Positions 12,301 through 26,239 of a DNA stretch of 64,000 nt are shown in pieces. Source of the DNA: Lingula anatina (lineage: Eukaryota > Animalia > Brachiopoda); the NCBI GenBank assembly GCA_051362555.1, contig CM120643.1, positions 11,320,644 to 11,384,643 of the forward strand, in the 5' to 3' direction. How positions within the stretch are numbered: position 1 is the first letter of the stretch; each line of letters begins with the position of its first letter. The notes beneath the pieces are model-generated. The model worked only from the letters and a program-made list of their open reading frames with translations, had not been told where the DNA came from and ran no database searches. The translations under genes were made by a program, and so were the position numbers.

Positions 12301-13123
12301 TGTCAACATTAAGGAAGAAATAGAGCAAAAACTCTGTCTCCCCCCCCCCCTCTCAGATTCTGTTCTTAGAGCTTATTTTTGGATCATCTTTAAAGCTAGA
12401 ATTGGGGGCCTTGATGAAGTGACCCGGGCGCGTTTCCACATTTTTTATGAATGACAGGTGTGGTAGATTGATTTTCGTCACTTTTTGGAAAAATCGGAGA
12501 CGGGTCGATTTTTGGTGATTTTGAGTGATTTTGAACAGTGCCGGCACTGTGAGATTTCTTCAATTTTGGCCAGGTAGGGATGAAAATTTTTTTTCTTCAT
12601 TATAGTGTCAGGTAGGTGTGTTCGGTCATTTGTAGTAAGAATAAAGTGCTGGAAGAGTGGTGGTGTCAACATTAAGGAAGAAATAGAGCAAAAACTCTGT
12701 CTCCCCCCCCCCCTCTCAGATTCTGTTCTCAGAGCTTATTTTTGGATCATCTTTAAAGCTAGAATTGGGGGCCTTGATGAAGTGACCCGGGCGCGTTTCC
12801 ACATTTTTTATGAATGACAGGTGTGGTAGATTGATTTTCGTCACTTTTTGGAAAAATCGGAGACGGGTCGATTTTTGGTGATTTTGAGTGATTTTGAACA
12901 GTGCCGGCACTGTGAGATTTCTTCAATTTTGGCCAGGTAGGGATGAAAATTTTTTTGCTTCATTATAGTGTCAGGTAGGTGTGTTCGGTCATTTGTAGTA
13001 AGAATAAAGTGCTGGAAGAGTGGTGGTGTCAACATTAAGGAAGAAATAGAGCAAAAACTCTGTCTCCCCCCCCCCCCCCTCTCAGATTCTGTTCTCAGAG
13101 CTTATTTTTGGATCATCTTTAAA
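364..13123. repeat. Higher-order duplication domain (17- and 14-monomer offsets)
   Basis: SNP order in units 2-9 (364-3275) recurs in units 19-26 (6561-9472), offset ~6194 bp. SNP order in units 12-19 (4006-6925) recurs in units 26-33 (9110-12031), offset ~5101 bp. Confidence 0.85.
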
Positions 13124-16100
13124 GCTAGAATTGGGGGCCTTGATGAAGTGACCCGGGCGCGTTTCCACATTTTTTATGAATGACAGGTGTGGTAGATTGA
13201 TTTTCGTCACTTTTTGGAAAAATCGGAGACGGGTCGATTTTTGGTGATTTTGAGTGATTTTGAACAGTGCCGGCACTGTGAGATTTCTTCAATTTTGGCC
13301 AGGTAGGGATGAAAATTTTTTTTCTTCATTATAGTGTCAGGTAGGTGTGTTCGGTCATTTGTAGTAAGAATAAAGTGCTGGAAGAGTGGTGGTGTCAACA
13401 TTAAGGAAGAAATAGAGCAAAAACTCTGTCTCCCCCCCCCCCCCCCCTCTCAGATTCTGTTCTCAGAGCTTATTTTTGGATCATCTTTAAAGCTAGAATT
13501 GGGGGCCTTGATGAAGTGACCCGGGCGCGTTTCCACATTTTTTATGAATGACAGGTGTGGTAGATTGATTTTCGTCACTTTTTGGAAAAATCGGAGACGG
13601 GTCGATTTTTGGTGATTTTGAGTGATTTTGAACAGTGCCGGCACTGTGAGATTTCTTCAATTTTGGCCAGGTAGGGATGAAAATTTTTTTTCTTCATTAT
13701 AGTGTCAGGTAGGTGTGTTCGGTCATTTGTAGTAAGAATAAAGTGCTGGAAGAGTGGTGGTGTCAACATTAAGGAAGAAATAGAGCAAAAACTCTGTCTC
13801 CCCCCCCCCCCCCTCTCAGATTCTGTTCTCAGAGCTTATTTTTGGATCATCTTTAAAGCTAGAATTGGGGGCCTTGATGAAGTGACCCGGGCGCGTTTCC
13901 ACATTTTTTATGAATGACAGGTGTGGTAGATTGATTTTCGTCACTTTTTGGAAAAATCGGAGACGGGTCGATTTTTGGTGATTTTGAGTGATTTTGAACA
14001 GTGCCGGCACTGTGAGATTTCTTCAATTTTGGCCAGGTAGGGATGAAAATTTTTTTTCTTCATTATAGTGTCAGGTAGGTGTGTTCGGTCATTTGTAGTA
14101 AGAATAAAGTGCTGGAAGAGTGGTGGTGTCAACATTAAGGAAGAAATAGAGCAAAAACTCTGTCTCCCCCCCCCCCCCCTCTCAGATTCTGTTCTCAGAG
14201 CTTATTTTTGGATCATCTTTAAAGCTAGAATTGGGGGCCTTGATGAAGTGACCCGGGCGCGTTTCCACATTTTTTATGAATGACAGGTGTGGTAGATTGA
14301 TTTTCGTCACTTTTTGGAAAAATCGGAGACGGGTTGATTTTTGGTGATTTTGAGTGATTTTGAACAGTGCCGGCACTGTGAGATTTCTTCAATTTTGGCC
14401 AGGTAGGGATGAAAATTTTTTTTCTTTATTATAGTGTCAGGTAGGTGTGTTCGGTCATTTGTAGTAAGAATAAAGTGCTGGAAGAGTGGTGGTGTCAACA
14501 TTAAGGAAGAAATAGAGCAAAAACTCTGTCTCCCCCCCCCCCCCCTCTCAGATTCTGTTCTCAGAGCTTATTTTTGGATCATCTTTAAAGCTAGAATTGG
14601 GGGCCTTGATGAAGTGACCCGGGCACGTTTCCACATTTTTTATGAATGACAGGTGTGGTAGATTGATTTTCGTCACTTTTTGGAAAAATCGGAGACGGGT
14701 CGATTTTTGGTGATTTTGAGTGATTTTGAACAGTGCCGGCACTGTGAGATTTCTTCAATTTTGGCCAGGTAGGGATGAAAATTTTTTTTCTTCATTATAG
14801 TGTCAGGTAGGTGTGTTCGGTCATTTGTAGTAAGAATAAAGTGCTGGAAGAGTGGTGGTGTCAACATTAAGGAAGAAATAGAGCAAAAACTCTGTCTCCC
14901 CCCCCCCCCTCTCAGATTCTGTTCTCAGAGCTTATTTTTGGATCATCTTTAAAGCTAGAATTGGGGGCCTTGATGAAGTGACCCGGGCGCGTTTCCACAT
15001 TTTTTATGAATGACAGGTGTGGTAGATTGATTTTCGTCACTTTTTGGAAAAATCGGAGACGGGTCGATTTTTGGTGATTTTGAGTGATTTTGAACAGTGC
15101 CGGCACTGTGAGATTTCTTCAATTTTGGCCAGGTAGGGATGAAAATTTTTTTTCTTCATTATAGTGTCAGGTAGGTGTGTTCGGTCATTTGTAGTAAGAA
15201 TAAAGTGCTGGAAGAGTGGTGGTGTCAACATTAAGGAAGAAATAGAGCAAAAACTCTGTCTCCCCCCCCCCCCTCTCAGATTCTGTTCTCAGAGCTTATT
15301 TTTGGATCATCTTTAAAGCTAGAATTGGGGGCCTTGATGAAGTGACCCGGGCGCGTTTCCACATTTTTTATGAATGACAGGTGTGGTAGATTGATTTTCG
15401 TCACTTTTTGGAAAAATTGGAGACGGGTCGATTTTTGGTGATTTTGAGTGATTTTGAACAGTGCTGGCACTGTGAGATTTCTTCAATTTTGGCCAGGTAG
15501 GGATGAAAATTTTTTTTCTTCATTATAGTGTCAGGTAGGTGTGTTCGGTCATTTGTAGTAAGAATAAAGTGCTGGAAGAGTGGTGGTGTCAACATTAAGG
15601 AAGAAATAGAGCAAAAACTCTGTCTCCCCCCCCCCCCTCTCAGATTCTGTTCTCAGAGCTTATTTTTGGATCATCTTTAAAGCTAGAATTGGGGGCCTTG
15701 ATGAAGTGACCCGGGCGCGTTTCCACATTTTTTATGAATGACAGGTGTGGTAGATTGATTTTCGTCACTTTTTGGAAAAATCGGAGACGGGTCGATTTTT
15801 GGTGATTTTGAGTGATTTTGAACAGTGCCGGCACTGTGAGATTTCTTCAATTTTGGCCAGGTAGGGATGAAAATTTTTTTTCTTCATTATAGTGTCAGGA
15901 AGGTGTGTTCGGTCATTTGTAGTAAGAATAAAGTGCTGGAAGAGTGGTGGTGTCAACATTAAGGAAGAAATAGAGCAAAAACTCTGTCTCCCCCCCCCCC
16001 CCCCTCTCAGATTCTGTTCTCAGAGCTTATTTTTGGATCATCTTTAAAGCTAGAATTGGGGGCCTTGATGAAGTGACCCGGGCGCGTTTCCACATTTTTT

Positions 16101-17507
16101 ATGAATGACAGGTGTGGTAGATTGATTTTCGTCACTTTTTGGAAAAATCGGAGACGGGTCGATTTTTGGTGATTTTGAGTGATTTTGAACAGTGCCGGCA
16201 CTGTGAGATTTCTTCAATTTTGGCCAGGTAGGGATGAAAATTTTTTTTCTTCATTATAGTGTCAGGTAGGTGTGTTCGGTCATTTGTAGTAAGAATAAAG
16301 TGCTGGAAGAGTGGTGGTGTCAACATTAAGGAAGAAATAGAGCAAAAACTCTGTCTCCCCCCCCCCCCCTCTCAGATTCTGTTCTCAGAGCTTATTTTTG
16401 GATCATCTTTAAAGCTAGAATTGGGGGCCTTGATGAAGTGACCCGGGCGCGTTTCCACATTTTTTATGAATGACAGGTGTGGTAGATTGATTTTCGTCAC
16501 TTTTTGGAAAAATCGGAGACGGGTGGATATTTGGTGATTTTGAGTGATTTTGAACAGTGCCGGCACAGTGAGATTTCTTCAATTTTGGCCAGGTAGGGAT
16601 GAAAATTTTTTTTCTTCATTATAGTGTCAGGTAGGTGTGTTCGGTCATTTGTAGTAAGAATAAAGTGCTGGAAGAGTGGTGGTGTCAACATTAAGGAAGA
16701 AATAGAGCAAAAACTCTGTCTCCCCCCCCCCCCTCTCAGATTCTGTTCTCAGAGCTTATTTTTGGATCATCTTTAAAGCTAGAATTGGGGGCCTTGATGA
16801 AGTGACCCGGGCGCGTTTCCACATTTTTTATGAATGACAGGTGTGGTAGATTGATTTTCGTCACTTTTTGGAAAAATCGGAGACGGGTCGATTTTTGGTG
16901 ATTTTGAGTGATTTTGAACAGTGCCGGCACTGTGAGATTTCTTCAATTTTGGCCAGGTAGGGATGAAAATTTTTTTTCTTCATTATAGTGTCAGGTAGGT
17001 GTGTTCGGTCATTTGTAGTAAGAATAAAGTGCTGGAAGAGTGGTGGTGTCAACATTAAGGAAGAAATAGAGCAAAAACTCTGTCTCCCCCCCCCCCCCCT
17101 CTCAGATTCTGTTCTCAGAGCTTATTTTTGGATCATCTTTAAAGCTAGAATTGGGGGCCTTGATGAAGTGACCCGGGCGCGTTTCCACATTTTTTATGAA
17201 TGACAGGTGTGGTAGATTGATTTTCGTCACTTTTTGGAAAAATCGGAGACGGGTCGATTTTTTGCGATTTTGAGTGATTTTGAACAGTGCCAGCACTGTT
17301 AGATTTCTTCAATTTTGGCCAGGTAGGGATGAAAATTTTTTTTCTTCATTATAGTGTCAGGTAGGTGTGTTCGGTCATTTGTAGTAAGAATAAAGTGCTG
17401 GAAGAGTGGTGGTGTCAACATTAAGGAAGAAATAGAGCAAAAACTCTGTCTCCCCCCCCCCCCTCTCAGATTCTGTTCTCAGAGCTTATTTTTGGATCAT
17501 CTTTAAA

Positions 17508-19698
17508 GCTAGAATTGGGGGCCTTGATGAAGTGACCCGGGCGTGTTTCCACATTTTTTATGAATGACAGGTGTGGTAGATTGATTTTCGTCACTTTTTG
17601 GAAAAATCGGAGACGGGTCGATTTTTGGTGATTTTGAGTGATTTTGAACAGTGCCGGCACTGTGAGATTTCTTCAATTTTGGCCAGGTAGGGATGAAAAT
17701 TTTTTTTCTTCATTATAGTGTCAGGTAGGTGTGTTCGGTCATTTGTGTAAGAATAAAGTGCTGGAAGAGTGGTGGTGTCAACATTAAGGAAGAAATAGAG
17801 CAAAAACTCTGTCTCCCCCCCCCCCCCCTCTCAGATTCTGTTCTCAGAGCTTATTTTTGGATCATCTTTAAAGCTAGAATTGGGGGCCTTGATGAAGTGA
17901 CCCGGGCGCGTTTCCACATTTTTTATGAATGACAGGTGTGGTAGATTGATTTTCGTCACTTTTTGGAAAAATCGGAGACGGGTGGATATTTGGTGATTTT
18001 GAGTGATTTTGAACAGTGCCGGCACAGTGAGATTTCTTCAATTTTGGCCAGGTAGGGATGAAAATTTTTTTTCTTCATTATAGTGTCAGGTAGGTGTGTT
18101 CGGTCATTTGTAGTAAGAATAAAGTGCTGGAAGAGTGGTGGTGTCAACATTAAGGAAGAAATAGAGCAAAAACTCTGTCTCCCCCCCCCCCCCTCTCAGA
18201 TTCTGTTCTCAGAGCTTATTTTTGGATCATCTTTAAAGCTAGAATTGGGGGCCTTGATGAAGTGACCCGGGCGCATTTCCACATTTTTTATGAATGACAG
18301 GTGTGGTAGATTGATTTTCGTCACTTTTTGGAAAAATCGGAGACGGGTCGATTTTTGGTGATTTTGAGTGATTTTGAACAGTGCCGGCACTGTGAGATTT
18401 CTTCAATTTTGCCCAGGTAGGGATGAAAATTTTTTTTCTTCATTATAGTGTCAGGTAGGTGTGTTCGGTCATATGTAGTAAGAATAAAGTGCTGGAAGAG
18501 TGGTGGTGTCAACATTAAGGAAGAAATAGAGCAAAAACTCTGTCTCCCCCCCCCCCCCCTCTCAGATTCTGTTCTCAGAGCTTATTTTTGGATCATCTTT
18601 AAAGCTAGAATTGGGGGCCTTGATGAAGTGACCCGGGCGCGTTTCCACATTTTTTATGAATGACAGGTGTGGTAGATTGATTTTCGTCACTTTTTGGAAA
18701 AATCGGAGACGGGTCGATTTTTGGTGATTTTGAGTGATTTTGAACAGTGCCGGCACTGTGAGATTTCTTCAATTTTGGCCAGGTAGGGATGAAAATTTTT
18801 TTTCTTCATTATAGTGTCAGGTAGGTGTGTTCGGTCATTTGTGTAAGAATAAAGTGCTGGAAGAGTGGTGGTGTCAACATTAAGGAAGAAATAGAGCAAA
18901 AACTCTGTCTCCCCCCCCCCCCCCCTCTCAGATTCTGTTCTCAGAGCTTATTTTTGGATCATCTTTAAAGCTAGAATTGGGGGCCTTGATGAAGTGACCC
19001 GGGCGCGTTTCCACATTTTTTATGAATGACAGGTGTGGTAGATTGATTTTCGTCACTTTTTGGAAAAATCGGAGACGGGTGGATATTTGGTGATTTTGAG
19101 TGATTTTGAACAGTGCCGGCACAGTGAGATTTCTTCAATTTTGGCCAGGTAGGGATGAAAATTTTTTTTCTTCATTATAGTGTCAGGTAGGTGTGTTCGG
19201 TCATTTGTAGTAAGAATAAAGTGCTGGAAGAGTGGTGGTGTCAACATTAAGGAAGAAATAGAGCAAAAACTCTGTCTCCCCCCCCCCCTCTCAGATTCTG
19301 TTCTCAGAGCTTATTTTTGGATCATTTTTAAAGCTAGAATTGGGGGCCTTGATGAAGTGACCCGGACGCATTTCCACATTTTTTATGAATGACAGGTGTG
19401 GTAGATTGATTTTCGTCACTTTTTGGAAAAATCGGAGACGGGTCGATTTTTGGTGATTTTGAGTGATTTTGAACAGTGCCGGCACTGTGAGATTTCTTCA
19501 ATTTTGGCCAGGTAGGGATGAAAATTTTTTTTCTTCATTATAGTGTCAGGTAGGTGTGTTCGGTCATTTGTAGTAAGAATAAAGTGCTGGAAGAGTGGTG
19601 GTGTCAACATTAAGGAAGAAATAGAGCAAAAACTCTGTCTCCCCCCCACCCCCCTCTCAGATTCTGTTCTCAGAGCTTATTTTTGGATCATCTTTAAA
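17508..19698. repeat. Tandem 3-monomer duplication (~1096 bp)
   Basis: The 1-bp deletion TTGTGTAAG, the GGTGGATATTT+GGCACAGTG haplotype and the CGCATTTCC allele occur in consecutive units twice (17508-18603 and 18604-19698). Confidence 0.85.
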
Positions 19699-20062
19699 GC
19701 TAGAATTGGGGGCCTTGATGAAGTGACCCGGGCGCGTTTCCACATTTTTTATGAATGACAGGTGTGGTAGATTGATTTTCGTCACTTTTTGGAAAAATCG
19801 GAGACGGGTCGATTTTTGGCGATTTTGAGTGATTTTGTACAGTGCCGGCACTGTTAGATTTCTTCAATTTTGGCCAGGTAGGGATGAAAATTTTTTTTCT
19901 TCACTATAGTGTCAGGTAGGTGTGTTCGGTCATTTGTAGTAAGAATAAAGTGCTGGAAGAGTGGTGGTGTCAACATTAAGGAAGAAATAGAGCAAAAACT
20001 CTGTCTCCCCCCCCCCCCTCTCAGATTCTGTTCTCAGAGCTTATTTTTGGATCATCTTTAAA

Positions 20063-21515
20063 GCTAGAATTGGGGGCCTTGATGAAGTGACCCGGGCGTG
20101 TTTCCACATTTTTTATGAATGACAGGTGTGGTAGATTGATTTTCGTCACTTTTTGGAAAAATCGGAGACGGGTGGATTTTTGGTGATTTTGAGTGATTTT
20201 GAACAGTGCCGGCACTGTGAGATTTCTTCAATTTTGGCCAGGTAGGGATGAAAATTTTTTTTCTTCATTATAGTGTCAGGTAGGTGTGTTCGGTCATTTG
20301 TAGCAAGAATAAAGTGCTGGAAGAGTGGTGGTGTCAACATTAAGGAAGAAATAGAGCAAAAACTCTGTCTCCCCCCCCCCCTCTCAGATTCTGTTCTCAG
20401 AGCTTATTTTTGGATCATCTTTAAAGCTAGAATTGGGGGCCTTGATGAAGTGACCCGGGCGCGTTTCCACATTTTTTATGAATGACAGGTGTGGTAGATT
20501 GATTTTCGTCACTTTTTGGAAAAATCGGAGACGGGTGGATATTTGGTGATTTTGAGTGATTTTGAACAGTGCCTGCACAGTGAGATTTCTTCAATTTTGG
20601 CCAGGTAGGGATGAAAATTTTTTTTCTTCATTATAGTGTCAGGTAGGTGTGTTCGGTCATTTGTAGTAAGAATAAAGTGCTGGAAGAGTGGTGGTGTCAA
20701 CATTAAGGAAGAAATAGAGCAAAAACTCTGTCTCCCCCCCCCCCTCTCAGATTCTGTTCTCAGAGCTTATTTTTGGATCATCTTTAAAGCTAGAATTGGG
20801 GGCCTTGATGAAGTGACCCAGGCGTGTTTCCACATTTTTTATGAATGACAGGTGTGGTAGATTGATTTTCGTCACTTTTTGGAAAAATCGGAGACGGGTG
20901 GATTTTTGGTGATTTTGAGTGATTTTGAACAGTGCCGGCACTGTGAGATTTCTTCAATTTTGGCCAGGTAGGGATGAAAATTTTTTTTCTTCATTATAGT
21001 GTCAGGTAGGTGTGTTCGGTCATTTGTAGCAAGAATAAAGTGCTGGAAGAGTGGTGGTGTCAACATTAAGGAAGAAATAGAGCAAAAACTCTGTCTCCCC
21101 CCCCCCCCTCTCAGATTCTGTTCTCAGAGCTTATTTTTGGATCATCTTTAAAGCTAGAATTGGGGGCCTTGATGAAGTGACCCGGGCGCGTTTCCACATT
21201 TTTTATGAATGACAGGTGTGGTAGATTGATTTTCGTCACTTTTTGGAAAAATCGGAGACGGGTGGATATTTGGTGATTTTGAGTGATTTTGAACAGTGCC
21301 TGCACAGTGAAATTTCTTCAATTTTGGCCAGGTAGGGATGAAAATTTTTATTCTTCATTATAGTGTCAGGTAGGTGTGTTCGGTCATTTGTAGTAAGAAT
21401 AAAGTGCTGGAAGAGTGGTGGTGTCAACATTAAGGAAGAAATAGAGCAAAAACTCTGTCTCCCCCCCCCCCTCTCAGATTCTGTTCTCAGAGCTTATTTT
21501 TGGATCATCTTTAAA
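20063..21515. repeat. Tandem 2-monomer duplication (~726 bp)
   Basis: A unit with GCGTG/GGTGGATT/GTAGCAAG is followed by a unit with GGATATT/GCCTGCACAG, twice. Confidence 0.85.
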
Positions 21516-24500
21516 GCTAGAATTGGGGGCCTTGATGAAGTGACCCGGGCGTGTTTCCACATTTTTTATGAATGACAGGTGTGGTAGATTGATTTTCGTC
21601 ACTTTTTGGAAAAATCGGAGACGGGTCGATTTTTGGTGATTTTGAGTGATTTTGAACAGTGCCGGCACAGTGAGATTTCTTCAATTTTGGCCAGGTAGGG
21701 ATGAAAATTTTTTTTCTTCATTATAGTGTCAGGTAGGTGTGTTCGGTCATTTGTAGTAAGAATAAAGTGCTGGAAGAGTGGTGGTGTCAACATTAAGGAA
21801 GAAATAGAGCAAAAACTCTGTCTCCCCCCCCCCCCCCTCTCAGATTCTGTTCTCAGAGCTTATTTTTGGATCATCTTTAAAGCTAGAATTGGGGGCCTTG
21901 ATGAAGTGACCCGGGCGCGTTTCCACATTTTTTATGAATGACAGGTGTGGTAGATTGATTTTCGTCACTTTTTGGAAAAATCGGAGACGGGCCGATTTTT
22001 GGTGATTTTGAGTGATTTTGAACAGTGCCGGCACTGTGAGATTTCTTCAATTTTGGCCAGGTAGGGATGAAAATTTTTTTTCTTCATTATAGTGTCAGGT
22101 AGGTGTGTTCGGTCATTTGTAGTAAGAATAAAGTGCTGGAAGAGTGGTGGTGTCAACATTAAGGAAGAAATAGAGCAAAAACTCTGTCTCCCCCCCCCCC
22201 TCTCAGATTCTGTTCTCAGAGCTTATTTTTGGATCATCTTTAAAGCTAGAATTGGGGGCCTTGATGAAGTGACCCGGGCGCGTTTCCACATTTTTTATGA
22301 ATGACAGGTGTGGTAGATTGATTTTCGTCACTTTTTGGAAAAATCGGAGACGGGTCGATTTTTGGTGATTTTGAGTGATTTTGAACAGTGCTGGCACTGT
22401 GAGATTTCTTCAATTTTGGCCAGGTAGGGATGAAAATTTTTTTTCTTCATTATAGTGTCAGGTAGATGTGTTCGGTCATTTGTAGTAAGAATAAAGTGCT
22501 GGAAGAGTGGTGGTGTCAACATTAAGGAAGAAATAGAGCAAAAACTCTGTCTCCCCCCCCCCCTCTCAGATTCTGTTCTCAGAGCTTATTTTTGGATCAT
22601 CTTTAAAGCTAGAATTGGGGGCCTTGATATAAGTGACCCGGGCGCGTTTCCACATTTTTTATGAATGACAGGTGTGGTAGATTGATTTTCGTCACTTTTT
22701 GGAAAAATCGGAGACAGGTCGATTTTTGGTGATTTTGAGTGATTTTGAACAGTGCCGGCACTGTGAGATTTCTTCAATTTTGGCCAGGTAGGGATGAAAA
22801 TTTTTTTTCTTCATTATAGTGTCAGGTAGATGTGTTCGGTCATTTGTAGTAAGAATAAAGTGCTGGAAGAGTGGTGGTGTCAACATTAAGGAAGAAATAG
22901 AGCAAAAACTCTGTCTCCCCCCCCCCTCTCAGATTCTGTTCTCAGAGCTTATTTTTGGATCATCTTTAAAGCTAGAATTGGGGGCCTTGATGAAGTGACC
23001 CGGGTGCGTTTCCACATTTTTTATGAATGACAGGTGTGGTAGATTGATTTTCGTCACTTTTTGGAAAAATCGGAGACGGGTCGATTTTTGGTGATTTTGA
23101 GTGATTTTGAACAGTGCCGGCACTGTGAGATTTCTTCAATTTTGGCCAGGTAGGGATGAAAATTTTTTTTCTTCATTATAGTGTCAGGTAGATGTGTTCG
23201 GTCATTTGTAGTAAGAATAAAGTGCTGGAAGAGTGGTGGTGTCAACATTAAGGAAGAAATAGAGCAAAAACTCTGTCTCCCCCCCCCCTCTCAGATTCTG
23301 TTCTCAGAGCTTATTTTTGGATCATCTTTAAAGCTAGAATTGGGGGCCTTGATGAAGTGACCCGGGCGCGTTTCAACATTTTTTATGAATGACAGGTGTG
23401 GTAGATTGATTTTCGTCACTTTTTGGAAAAATCGGAGACGGGTCGATTTTTGGTGATTTTGAGTGATTTTGAACAGTGCCGGCACTGTGAGATTTCTTCA
23501 ATTTTGGCCAGGTAGGGATGAAAATTTTTTTTCTTCATTATAGTGTCAGGTAGGTGTGTTCGGTCATTTGTAGTAAGAATAAAGTGCTGGAAGAGTGGTG
23601 GTGTCAACATTAAGGAAGAAATAGAGCAAAAACTCTGTCTCCCCCCCCCCCCCTCTCAGATTCTGTTCTCAGAGCTTATTTTTGGATCATCTTTAAAGCT
23701 AGAATTGGGGGCCTTGATGAAGTGACCCGGGCGCGTTTCCACATTTTTTATGAATGACAGGTGTGGTAGATTGATTTTCGTCACTTTTTGGAAAAATCGG
23801 AGACGGGTCGATTTTTGGTGATTTTGAGTGATTTTGAACAGTGCCAGCACTGTGAGATTTCTTCAATTTTGGCCAGGTAGGGATGAAAATTTTTTTTCTT
23901 CATTATAGTGTCAGGTAGGTGTGTTCGGTCATTTGTAGTAAGAATAAAGTACTGGAAGAGTGGTGGTGTCAACATTAAGGAAGAAATAGAGCAAAAACTC
24001 TGTCTCCCCCCCCCTCTCAGATTCTGTTCTCAGAGCTTATTTTTGGATCATCTTTAAAGCTAGAATTGGGGGCCTTGATGAAGTGACCCGGGCGTGTTTC
24101 CACATTTTTTATGAATGACAGGTGTGGTAGATTGATTTTCGTCACTTTTTGGAAAAATCGGAGACGGGTGGATATTTGGTGATTTTGAGTGATTTTGAAC
24201 AGTGCCTGCACAGTGAAATTTCTTCAATTTTGGCCAGGTAGGGATGAAAATTTTTATTCTTCATTATAGTGTCAGGTAGGTGTGTTCGGTCATTTGTAGT
24301 AAGAATAAAGTGCTGGAAGAGTGGTGGTGTCAACATTAAGGAAGAAATAGAGCAAAAACTCTGTCTCCCCCCCCCCCTCTCAGATTCTGTTCTCAGAGCT
24401 TATTTTTGGATCATCTTTAAAGCTAGAATTGGGGGCCTTGATGAAGTGACCCGGGCGTGTTTCCACATTTTTTATGAATGACAGGTGTGGTAGATTGATT

Positions 24501-26239
24501 TTCGTCACTTTTTGGAAAAATCGGAGACGGGTCGATTTTTGGTGATTTTGAGTGATTTTGAACAGTGCTGGCACTGTGAGATTTCTTCAATTTTGGCCAG
24601 GTAGGGATGAAAATTTTTTTTCTTCATTATAGTGTCAGGTAGATGTGTTCGGTCATTTGTAGTAAGAATAAAGTGCTGGAAGAGTGGTGGTGTCAACATT
24701 AAGGAAGAAATAGAGCAAAAACTCTGTCTCCCCCCCCCCCCTCTCAGATTCTGTTCTCAGAGCTTATTTTTGGATCATCTTTAAAGCTAGAATTGGGGGC
24801 CTTGATATAAGTGACCCGGGCGCGTTTCCACATTTTTTATGAATGACAGGTGTGGTAGATTGATTTTCGTCACTTTTTGGAAAAATCGGAGACAGGTCGA
24901 TTTTTGGTGATTTTGAGTGATTTTGAACAGTGCCGGCACTGTGAGATTTCTTCAATTTTGGCCAGGTAGGGATGAAAATTTTTTTTCTTCATTATAGTGT
25001 CAGGTAGATGTGTTCGGTCATTTGTAGTAAGAATAAAGTGCTGGAAGAGTGGTGGTGTCAACATTAAGGAAGAAATAGAGCAAAAACTCTGTCTCCCCCC
25101 CCCCTCTCAGATTCTGTTCTCAGAGCTTATTTTTGGATCATCTTTAAAGCTAGAATTGGGGGCCTTGATGAAGTGACCCGGGTGCGTTTCCACATTTTTT
25201 ATGAATGACAGGTGTGGTAGATTGATTTTCGTCACTTTTTGGAAAAATCGGAGACGGGTCGATTTTTGGTGATTTTGAGTGATTTTGAACAGTGCCGGCA
25301 CTGTGAGATTTCTTCAATTTTGGCCAGGTAGGGATGAAAATTTTTTTTCTTCATTATAGTGTCAGGTAGATGTGTTCGGTCATTTGTAGTAAGAATAAAG
25401 TGCTGGAAGAGTGGTGGTGTCAACATTAAGGAAGAAATAGAGCAAAAACTCTGTCTCCCCCCCCCCCTCTCAGATTCTGTTCTCAGAGCTTATTTTTGGA
25501 TCATCTTTAAAGCTAGAATTGGGGGCCTTGATGAAGTGACCCGGGCGCGTTTCAACATTTTTTATGAATGACAGGTGTGGTAGATTGATTTTCGTCACTT
25601 TTTGGAAAAATCGGAGACGGGTCGATTTTTGGTGATTTTGAGTGATTTTGAACAGTGCCGGCACTGTGAGATTTCTTCAATTTTGGCCAGGTAGGGATGA
25701 AAATTTTTTTTCTTCATTATAGTGTCAGGTAGGTGTGTTCGGTCATTTGTAGTAAGAATAAAGTGCTGGAAGAGTGGTGGTGTCAACATTAAGGAAGAAA
25801 TAGAGCAAAAACTCTGTCTCCCCCCCCCCCCCCCTCTCAGATTCTGTTCTCAGAGCTTATTTTTGGATCATCTTTAAAGCTAGAATTGGGGGCCTTGATG
25901 AAGTGACCCGGGCGCGTTTCCACATTTTTTATGAATGACAGGTGTGGTAGATTGATTTTCGTCACTTTTTGGAAAAATCGGAGACGGGTCGATTTTTGGT
26001 GATTTTGAGTGATTTTGAACAGTGCCAGCACTGTGAGATTTCTTCAATTTTGGCCAGGTAGGGATGAAAATTTTTTTTCTTCATTATAGTGTCAGGTAGG
26101 TGTGTTCGGTCATTTGTAGTAAGAATAAAGTACTGGAAGAGTGGTGGTGTCAACATTAAGGAAGAAATAGAGCAAAAACTCTGTCTCCCCCCCCCTCTCA
26201 GATTCTGTTCTCAGAGCTTATTTTTGGATCATCTTTAAA
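21153..26239. repeat. 8-monomer block (21153-24058) followed by a 6-monomer derivative copy (24059-26239)
   Basis: The GATATAAG indel, GGGTGCG, TTTCAAC and CCAGC+TACTGG alleles recur in order at ~2178 bp offset. The unit at 24059 matches the unit at 21153 (GAAATT, TTTTATTC). Confidence 0.85.
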
